IMG/VR virus record: IMGVR_UViG_3300026097_000009
Coordinates: 90,862-154,861 of that record
DNA length: 64,000 bases
Direction: 5' to 3' (one strand)
Origin: a virus
A program made the position numbers and the translations under genes. Below, one piece after another: positions 55,771 to 63,030 of this stretch. Positions within the stretch are counted from its first letter, which is position 1. Each line of letters starts with the position of its first letter. Under the pieces are notes generated by a model that had not been told where the DNA came from, ran no database searches, and worked only from the letters and a program-made list of their open reading frames with translations.

Positions 55771-58426
55771 ATAATTTGTTGAATGTGTTATCGCTTCGAG
55801 TAGAAGAAATATCCCAATCCAACACTCCGATAAGGTTTTTTAGTTTTTCGTCAATCACTGTTGTTTCCATTGCGGAATCGTCGAACGGCAACTCTTTAAA
55901 CCAATCCGGTAATCTCAGCTCATCCACTGGATAAGCCACTGAAGTGAAGCTCATTGGATTATCCTTGAGCTTGCACACAATTACCTTTGCACCGTCTGTA
56001 ATGCTCATAGAATACTTGTCATCGTTCATACGCTTGAGCGTATTCCAGTTGATCGAGGCACGAACGTGTCCAGGCATATTAGTCTTGCCCGCTTTCTTTT
56101 CTTTTGCCTTGTATTCTGTGATTTTGTTTGCTCGCTTGGGCGAACCTTTTTCCCAACCCGGGCGAGCTTTAAAGTCTGTGCGGAATGCTGTGATATATTC
56201 AAGACAGTCTTCTTTGCTGTATCCTTCTAGTACCATAAGCAGTACGTTTGTAAGGAATTCCTGAATTGCTACTGGTGTATCTGAACGCTTGAGATCAAGC
56301 CCCATAGGTTTCATCTTTCCAGACTTGCCGTCTACGTCTAAACGCTTGCCTTCATTGTCGTATACAAGAGCCGCATAGCGTTTTTTAGTAATGAACAGAC
56401 CTTTTGATGCTACAATCTCGCGACCTGCTTTGATTACTTCTCCGCGTGTCTTAGGACAGTGAAACGCATCTTGCATAAACTTAGGGAATGTATCACTGGC
56501 AGAGTCGCCTATTGTGTCATACAGTTCAATCACTGAATCTTTGGTCCACGGTACTGATCCGTTTTCAATATCATCTCTCAGCGTAGTGTATGCAGAAAAA
56601 TAACAAGAGTCTGTATCACCATAGATAATTGCTTTACCTACGTGATCATATTCGCCTGTGATAATCTCGTTGATCTTACCAGCCATGTGTTTTGTGATCT
56701 GCCTACCAGTTAGTGTGGTACTTTGACCGATCCTGTTATCAAAGAAACGACATCCTGCGTTTAGGATTGCACCGTATAACGAGTTCAAGTTAATCTTTTT
56801 AACCAATTGTCGTTTGTCCCAATATTCAGTTTCAATATCATTGCCCGCACCGATAGCTTCTTTTAGTTTTTTCTGCATGTCTTTGCGTTCTGCATACCAA
56901 CGCTTTAGCAGTCCGGGAATAATACCTTCTTTCTCATAGGTAAAGATTGTGCCATTTGCACTTAACACCCACGGCTGATTAGAGTTAAAGATAAGTTCAT
57001 AGATCTGTGCGGCACTTAGCGTGTCACTGCCGCCTTCTTCCCAATCGATAGTAATTTCTCTGCCAACTTCTTGCTCCATAACCGCAGTGTATTCTAAACT
57101 ACCAAATACTCCTTCCCAAGCACCGGCAAAACTTTTACCTTTACCCATCTGTGCTTCAAGGAATGCTTTTGTTCCGTCTTGACGCAGTTGTCCTACAATA
57201 GTCTCTGGACCCATATTAAGGGCACGAATCACTGACGGATACAGTGAGTTGATATCCACACTTCCGATCCATTCATGAATGCCTTTTTTAGGAAATGCAA
57301 CATATGCTCCGGCGGCCGCTGTGTTTTCTAGTTGATCTCGTCTAATTCTGTTTGGGACGACAAACCCTCGACGATGTGCTTCATTGATAATTGCCTGCTC
57401 CGTCACCGCAACAGCACCCATTGTGGTTTGGATTAACACAGTGTTTTCGTGTGCAATTGTGTTTGCAAGATCAATAAACTTCAGCTTCTTGTCTAGCTTG
57501 TCTAACAGTGCGGTATCCTGTCTGTTATATTCAATGAACGTTTTGAAGTCGTTGTTATATAACTGATCCAGTGTGCCTTCATAGACAGTTTTGTTTTCGC
57601 CAATCTCCATTTCACCGATGGCATCCAGTCGATAGGTATGGCGTTCTTCATAGGTATACTTTCTGTAAAGTTCTAAGCTGTCAACGTGTACCCTACCAAT
57701 AAGATCGTAAGTCACACTCATCTTACCGAACTTTTCAAACTCACGTTTTTTAGGAAGTTGATTCCACAAACAGAAACGACGAGTGTCTTCCTTGGAAAGA
57801 ACCTTAATCACACGGTTCACTGTATAGGGAATATCAAAACCTTCTGAGTTCCAACCACTTAACACATCGGCATCTTCGATGATATCCAAAAATGTATCTA
57901 GCATTTTTCGTTCGCTGTCAAACAACATCATGTTGTCGAAGTCTTTGGTTGCTTCCTCAGCTTCCGCCATACTCATAGTCTTCGGTGGAATGGCAAGACA
58001 GATAAGACTGTCCATCCACTGCAAATGTATAGCAATCGAAGTGATCGGCATAAATGCATCTTCTGGAGATGCATAGCCACGTTCTGGATCAAAATCAACC
58101 TCGATATCGAAGAATGCCACGTTCAGTTTAGGTGCATCTGCATTTAGATAGTTGTCTTCTAAACAGCGATAGATCGGATTAATATCACTTTCGTATTGTT
58201 TTTTATTGGAATGAATTTTTAATTCTTTGTGTAGCTCTTTGAGGTTCTTACAGGAAACTCTGCTTACAGGGTTGCCATAAATTGATTGGTACTTGCCTGA
58301 AGGATCATCATAGTAAAAGATGTGACGTGCAGGGTATTCTTTGTATTGTCGTTTCCCGTTGCTGTCTCTTTCAACAACGTGAATGACATCCTGATCTCGA
58401 TCGTAATATGCGTCGACGTAGCTCAT
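55757..58426 (-). CDS. Family B DNA polymerase (T4 gp43-like)
   Basis: Exonuclease motifs FFDIEV, GWNSEGFDIPY and YNRQD; polymerase motifs DINSLYPS, KINLNSLYG, YGDTDS and KKRY. Confidence 0.97.
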   Translation of the reverse strand: MSYVDAYYDRDQDVIHVVERDSNGKRQYKEYPARHIFYYDDPSGKYQSIYGNPVSRVSCKNLKELHKELKIHSNKKQYESDINPIYRCLEDNYLNADAPKLNVAFFDIEVDFDPERGYASPEDAFMPITSIAIHLQWMDSLICLAIPPKTMSMAEAEEATKDFDNMMLFDSERKMLDTFLDIIEDADVLSGWNSEGFDIPYTVNRVIKVLSKEDTRRFCLWNQLPKKREFEKFGKMSVTYDLIGRVHVDSLELYRKYTYEERHTYRLDAIGEMEIGENKTVYEGTLDQLYNNDFKTFIEYNRQDTALLDKLDKKLKFIDLANTIAHENTVLIQTTMGAVAVTEQAIINEAHRRGFVVPNRIRRDQLENTAAAGAYVAFPKKGIHEWIGSVDINSLYPSVIRALNMGPETIVGQLRQDGTKAFLEAQMGKGKSFAGAWEGVFGSLEYTAVMEQEVGREITIDWEEGGSDTLSAAQIYELIFNSNQPWVLSANGTIFTYEKEGIIPGLLKRWYAERKDMQKKLKEAIGAGNDIETEYWDKRQLVKKINLNSLYGAILNAGCRFFDNRIGQSTTLTGRQITKHMAGKINEIITGEYDHVGKAIIYGDTDSCYFSAYTTLRDDIENGSVPWTKDSVIELYDTIGDSASDTFPKFMQDAFHCPKTRGEVIKAGREIVASKGLFITKKRYAALVYDNEGKRLDVDGKSGKMKPMGLDLKRSDTPVAIQEFLTNVLLMVLEGYSKEDCLEYITAFRTDFKARPGWEKGSPKRANKITEYKAKEKKAGKTNMPGHVRASINWNTLKRMNDDKYSMSITDGAKVIVCKLKDNPMSFTSVAYPVDELRLPDWFKELPFDDSAMETTVIDEKLKNLIGVLDWDISSTRSDNTFNKLFDFD

Positions 58427-58438
58427 TGTTCTCCTTGT

Positions 58439-58489
58439 TGCGACTTCTGGCTCGCTTGACCTAACATGCGGTTTATGGCCCGCAGACCT
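58439..58489 (-). promoter_or_regulatory. Tandem structured RNA element in the polymerase 5' leader
   Basis: Two units, AGGUC-UGCGG-GCCAUAAA-CCGCA and AGGUC-AA-GCGA-GCCAGAAG-UCGC-A, with a covarying stem pair; ends 2 nt before the SD. Confidence 0.6.
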
Positions 58490-58504
58490 TGTTCTTGATT
58501 TTAT

Positions 58505-58777
58505 TTATTCTCGGTTATCTTCTGGTAGATTTTTTGTGATGCCTAGAATGCCTTCGATTTCTTCCCATTCTTCCTGATGCTTATACCATTCGTCTTTGTG
58601 GGCGATTTTAATACTCTTGTTAATAATAGCGGGTTTGATTTGCAGTTCTTCCGCTACGGCCTTCACAGTTTCTTTCAGTCCTTCCTGTAGGTCTTCAACT
58701 TCTCTTAACACGTTTGAGCCTTCGCGGATCAAACGTTCCAATTTTGCCTTTTCTTCAGGACCATAGATTTTTGACAT
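58505..58777 (-). CDS. dsDNA-binding protein (T4 DsbA / GapR-like)
   Basis: KAKLERLIREG...LKETVKAVAEELQIKPAIINKSIKIAHK helical pattern. Start reassigned to MSKIYG, which has an AAGGAG SD. Confidence 0.7.
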   Translation of the reverse strand: MSKIYGPEEKAKLERLIREGSNVLREVEDLQEGLKETVKAVAEELQIKPAIINKSIKIAHKDEWYKHQEEWEEIEGILGITKNLPEDNRE

Positions 58778-58805
58778 TGTTGTATTTCTCCTTGATAATA
58801 TATAG

Positions 58806-58834
58806 ATTATACAGCCACAAAAAAGGCTGGTCAA
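58806..58834 (-). promoter_or_regulatory. Near-consensus sigma70 promoter for the replication operon
   Basis: TTGACC-N17-TATAAT. Confidence 0.85.
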
Positions 58835-58851
58835 GTGTTATTTGCCAGCCT
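58819..58851 (-). terminator. Intrinsic terminator of the internal-protein operon
   Basis: AGGCTGG-CAA...TTG-A-CCAGCC followed by T6, just after the stop at 58859. Confidence 0.7.
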
Positions 58852-58858
58852 CTGATGC

Positions 58859-61261
58859 TTACTTTGATTCGTTCAGAACGTCTGTGAGTTCAAAAACGCC
58901 GCCATTGCGCTCGTAAATTACACCTGCATATAATTCTGCTTTAGAGCTTTCTGTGAATTTGTTAGAAGCCACACGCTTCGCCCAGGTCCACAATTTTGTG
59001 TCAACAGGATCAATTTTTTGTTGTCCGCCACTTTCACGAACAATTTTCATTGCTTCTTCAAATGATAGTTTATCGTTGTTCATGAACTTTTCAAAACTTT
59101 CGTTGATGCTTTCGCCCATGCTTGTTTGAAATTGATCCATCTTTTTAGCTTTCTGCATAAGGGCCTGATTTTTAGGATCTTTCATTTGCTGAGGTGTCGC
59201 ACCAATTATTCTTTGACCTTGGGGTGATTTAATCTTCTTTTGCCCTTCGGGAGACAACACCATTTGCAATAATTCCATTGCTTTGTTTTTATCACCGCCT
59301 AGTTTTTTAGTGTACATCTGTAGGATTTTATCTTTCATCCCTTGCGGCATTTGATTGAACATGTCGTTTTCGTTAATGCTTTCGTTCATGCCAGCCTTGC
59401 CTTCTTCGCCTTCGATGTAGGCATGAAGTGTCATCATTGTGCCATGCATTCTGGCCAGTTTGTTCTGGAACCATTCTTCCATTTCAAAGCCCATTTTAAA
59501 GTGACCTTTGATTTCTTCAGCGGCATATTTGATGAACTCTAATTGTCCCATTGCCATATCAATCTCATCTGCTTGATCGATTGCTTGCTCTGGGCTTGCT
59601 GTCATTTCTTGATCTGGATCTACTGGCATGTCCATGTCAAACTCTAGATCGTCTTCTGCAAGTTCTTCGTTCATTGAAGCATGCTTTGCGGCCATCTGCT
59701 TTTTATACTTTGCAGAACCCTTAGGGTGCTTGCTCTTGCCTTCTTCAACTGATTCGTCTTTCTTGCCGAAGTATTTCTTCTGCTTGTCAGTCATGCCCTT
59801 TTTACCAGACTCTTCTTTGCCGCCTTTTTCTTTGGCATCTTTAGCCGCTTTTTTCATTGGCTCTTTCTTGTCGCCATCCTTGTCTAGGTCAAGAAAGTCT
59901 GGCTTGCTTTTTGCTTCGACCATACGCATAAAACTTTCACGGAACGAGTTTCTGTCGAAATCTTCTTTGTTTAATTCACTATGAAGGAAATCACCTGCTT
60001 GTTCTGCCGCTTCTGCTTGTGCGTCTGGACCGTCATGTAATGCATCCATGACTATGCCAATAGCCTTTTCATAGACAGACCCTTCTGGAGCATCACCATT
60101 TCTCAAATAGTCGCCTAGTTCGTCTGCAATGTCGTCGGCCATATCATTGCCTTCCATTGCACCTTTTTGAATTTCATTGATATCACCCATAAGTCTTGCA
60201 TACATTGAGTTTGGATCTGCTGGCTTGGCATTACCACCTACTACACTTTCGTCTTGCTTGTTCAACTGAGCACGAATCTTACGGAACAGTTCTTCTTCTC
60301 GACCTATTTCCATACTGCTTCCGCCATAATCAACTGCCATCTTATTCAATTCTGCATCACTGGCATTTTTGATTTTATCTAGCATTTCTTTGCTATACTT
60401 GCTGAGATCGATGTCAGCCTCTTCTTCTAAACTTTCGTCATACTGCGAGTCGAGGTAGTCAGCCAGTTCTTCTGGATCAATACCAAATGCTTCAGCGGCT
60501 TCGTCCTGTGCTTCTTCTGGCTCCATGCCCTTGTCCATCATAACTTCTTTGAGTTTCAGGATGGCTTCTACAGTTTCACTGTCAAGACTTCCGGCACCCT
60601 CTTGAATGCTTTCGCCGATACCGATAGCACTTGATACTGAACGAGCAAGATCTTCATCTGCTTCACTTGCACCTGTGATCTTTAGAAGGTCGTCTATCAT
60701 TGCTGAAGTGATTGGTGAGTTGTCCGGATCATCTAAAAATGCATCAATCTCAGCATTATCCATGTCAGTAATGTCTTTGCCTAGTTTTTCTTGATAGGCT
60801 TCCCACTCATTCTCTTCCCAGCCGTCTGGACTAACACCAGTGGCTGTCATCGACTTGATCCAACCCATTGGTAGTGCGTCACCGTTATCGCCTCTGTAGT
60901 CATCATACTTTAGAACCCACTGGGTAAGTTCTTCAGTTTTGTCGCTAAGATCCATATCTGCTTCTTGAATACTTGCCTCAGGAAGTCCGGCCAATCTTCT
61001 TAACTCTGCTTCTTCAAAACTTTCATTGGTTTTCTTTTTAGGAGCACCCTTTTTTGCTTTGGTAAAGTCTTCGAGGTCCGACTTACTCATTTTCATCATC
61101 TCAGCACTGGCAGTTCCCGCTTTGGGCTTTGTGCCTTCTTTTTTGTGCTTGAGAGCAATGCGAGCCGCAGTAGCTTGATTTTTGCTTTCTGCCTTTTCTG
61201 ATACAACTTCAACGTCTTCGTTAAGTTGATTTAGTGTTCCGAGTAGATTTCTAAAATCCAT
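58859..61261 (-). CDS. Acidic modular protein, probably a capsid-internal or scaffold polyprotein
   Basis: Repeated (E)S-[IVLM]-x-E linkers (SIQE, ESIQE, ESLEE, ESVEE, SMNE, ESINE twice) separate acidic and basic modules. Confidence 0.6.
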   Translation of the reverse strand: MDFRNLLGTLNQLNEDVEVVSEKAESKNQATAARIALKHKKEGTKPKAGTASAEMMKMSKSDLEDFTKAKKGAPKKKTNESFEEAELRRLAGLPEASIQEADMDLSDKTEELTQWVLKYDDYRGDNGDALPMGWIKSMTATGVSPDGWEENEWEAYQEKLGKDITDMDNAEIDAFLDDPDNSPITSAMIDDLLKITGASEADEDLARSVSSAIGIGESIQEGAGSLDSETVEAILKLKEVMMDKGMEPEEAQDEAAEAFGIDPEELADYLDSQYDESLEEEADIDLSKYSKEMLDKIKNASDAELNKMAVDYGGSSMEIGREEELFRKIRAQLNKQDESVVGGNAKPADPNSMYARLMGDINEIQKGAMEGNDMADDIADELGDYLRNGDAPEGSVYEKAIGIVMDALHDGPDAQAEAAEQAGDFLHSELNKEDFDRNSFRESFMRMVEAKSKPDFLDLDKDGDKKEPMKKAAKDAKEKGGKEESGKKGMTDKQKKYFGKKDESVEEGKSKHPKGSAKYKKQMAAKHASMNEELAEDDLEFDMDMPVDPDQEMTASPEQAIDQADEIDMAMGQLEFIKYAAEEIKGHFKMGFEMEEWFQNKLARMHGTMMTLHAYIEGEEGKAGMNESINENDMFNQMPQGMKDKILQMYTKKLGGDKNKAMELLQMVLSPEGQKKIKSPQGQRIIGATPQQMKDPKNQALMQKAKKMDQFQTSMGESINESFEKFMNNDKLSFEEAMKIVRESGGQQKIDPVDTKLWTWAKRVASNKFTESSKAELYAGVIYERNGGVFELTDVLNESK

Positions 61262-61380
61262 TACTTTTTCCTTTTACCTGCACAGTGTGCTTTTTGACTA
61301 AAACCTTTTGGATTTGAACAATTTATAGAACTTTTGTATTTTTTGCTCCACTTCTCTGTCAAAATCTCTGATATACGCAT
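61261..61380 (-). CDS. 39-aa basic peptide with capsid-targeting-like N-terminus (not in ORF track)
   Basis: MRISEILTE-KWSKKYKSSINCSNPKGFSQKAHCAGKRKK; TAATG-coupled to the next gene. Confidence 0.75.
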   Translation of the reverse strand: MRISEILTEKWSKKYKSSINCSNPKGFSQKAHCAGKRKK

Positions 61381-61382
61381 AT

Positions 61383-61976
61383 TTATCTTTTTATTGCACC
61401 TTGACCACTCATTAGGCCAACATTCATGTCCAGTGCATTTTTAGCAGTACCGTCTTTTTTCTTAGGTTGATTTACTTTTGCCTGCTTAGGAGCTTTCGTA
61501 CCACTTTTACCAGGAGAACCTGTGTATGATTTTCCTACACTGTGAGCCGCTACTGGTGTGCCCGAGGCAACATTTGCAGAACTGGTAGCACCTGCTGTGG
61601 CGGCTTCTTCTAGGCCTTCTTTCATCTTTTCGCCAATGTTAACACCTTTTGCATATGCGGCGTAATACGGCCCGTATGCTTCACCAGCACCGCGATCAAC
61701 GTATCCACGCTTGCCGTGTTCTAGGCCTTTTTGGAAGTAGCTTATTTCTTTCGGCTCTAGATCAAAACCGTGTTTCTTGGCGAATGCTATGATTTTGTCA
61801 TTTTCTGCTTGCTGTTTAGCGGCTTTTTCAGCATCGGCTTTGGCTTTAGCTTCGGCGTCTGCCTTGGCTTGGACTTCATCGTCAGCATGCACTTTGCCCA
61901 AAACGTCTCGCATTTTTGGATTCATTGGCCCTAGTTCTGCTGGATCTGCTTCTACAATAATGTCTCTAATCTTCAT
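61383..61976 (-). CDS. Probable capsid-internal protein
   Basis: N-terminus MKIRDIIVE, internal GLEE, basic C-module; TAAATA at 61982-61987 lies 5 nt upstream. Confidence 0.65.
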   Translation of the reverse strand: MKIRDIIVEADPAELGPMNPKMRDVLGKVHADDEVQAKADAEAKAKADAEKAAKQQAENDKIIAFAKKHGFDLEPKEISYFQKGLEHGKRGYVDRGAGEAYGPYYAAYAKGVNIGEKMKEGLEEAATAGATSSANVASGTPVAAHSVGKSYTGSPGKSGTKAPKQAKVNQPKKKDGTAKNALDMNVGLMSGQGAIKR

Positions 61977-61980
61977 AGCA

Positions 61981-63030
61981 CTATTTACCCTTTTTACGGC
62001 CCGATTTCATATTTGCACACCAATGATACATTTTGGCCTTTTCACCACTGGCGTTTTTAGCTCGCTTTCTTAAATCTGTAACTGATCCATTACAACTTGC
62101 CCCGGCTCGCTTTACACGCCCCGGTCTGCTTTTGCCTTTTACCTTACCATCCGCAAAGTTTTCTTCTAGATCTGCAATTTCGTCTGGAACATCGTATATC
62201 CAAGCCTTGGCTTTTCCAAGTTCACGCATCATACCAGTTAATCTTGTATTACCAGAAATAAGTTCTAGTTGCCCGTCACTGTATCTAGCAATAATAGGCA
62301 GTTCAATTTGTCCTAAAGATAGAGCTTTTGTAAATCTGTCTCTCTTAGCCTTAACTAAACCGTCCCAATGATCATCTCTATATTCTTCACCTGCTTCGGT
62401 GTTTTCTATGTCGTTTGCCATACGGTTGTCAACATCCACTACTTTGCCAGTTTTAGCAAGTTTGATCCACTCTTCTTTACCAATTTTTCTATACTGCTCA
62501 TAGCGGTTTGCTTCTTCCCATTCAAAATCGAAATTTGGCATTGTATAGTTTACTTTACCATCAGCGAAGTTTTCGTCCAGTCTGTTTCCTTTACGATCCA
62601 CAACAGGAATCCCAAGTTCTTTTGCCAGAGGAATATAGTCTTTTGCCGCCACATTATATTGAGACTGAACAACTATCTTTTTGACATAACTTAACGGAAT
62701 GTCTTTAAACACACGCTCTTCACTTTCTAACCTGCGTCCGTAGGCCTCGTCATCACTATACCCGCCATAATCAAACGGCGTTATTTTATGTGTGTTTGCG
62801 AGTTTGCTTTGATCAATAACAAACTGTGCATCACCCATACCGTGAAAATCAAATCTAGGATCTCTTGTGAGACTGATAAAAGGTTTTGCGTCTTTGCTTA
62901 CTTCGTGATCGTTTCTGGTGTCCAGGAATGCTTTTATTTTACCACTTTTTAATATTTCCACAGGATGCATAGTATTATGATACAGGTCTGCTGATTTTCT
63001 TTCAGCCAAAATAAATTCAAAAAATCTCAC
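61981..63030 (-). CDS. Probable capsid-internal polyprotein with ART-like, ParB/Srx-like and basic Cys modules
   Basis: MRFFEFILAE; LYHNT..ISLTRD..ESEERV; LPIIAR..LISGNTRL; basic C-terminus with two Cys. Confidence 0.6.
   Translation of the reverse strand: MRFFEFILAERKSADLYHNTMHPVEILKSGKIKAFLDTRNDHEVSKDAKPFISLTRDPRFDFHGMGDAQFVIDQSKLANTHKITPFDYGGYSDDEAYGRRLESEERVFKDIPLSYVKKIVVQSQYNVAAKDYIPLAKELGIPVVDRKGNRLDENFADGKVNYTMPNFDFEWEEANRYEQYRKIGKEEWIKLAKTGKVVDVDNRMANDIENTEAGEEYRDDHWDGLVKAKRDRFTKALSLGQIELPIIARYSDGQLELISGNTRLTGMMRELGKAKAWIYDVPDEIADLEENFADGKVKGKSRPGRVKRAGASCNGSVTDLRKRAKNASGEKAKMYHWCANMKSGRKKGK

Noticed and set aside
56940-57200. Intein in the DNA polymerase (extra segment after DINSLYPS)
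   Set aside because: No Cys/Ser start with His-Asn end and no LAGLIDADG motifs; the segment is short and fits a normal variable insertion.
58427-58504. preQ1 riboswitch in the polymerase leader
   Set aside because: Lacks the preQ1-I loop sequence and A-rich 3' tail; kept only as an unknown structured element.
59860-59905. EF-hand calcium-binding protein (DLDKDGDKKE)
   Set aside because: A single isolated DxDxDG loop in a low-complexity module is not enough to assign function.
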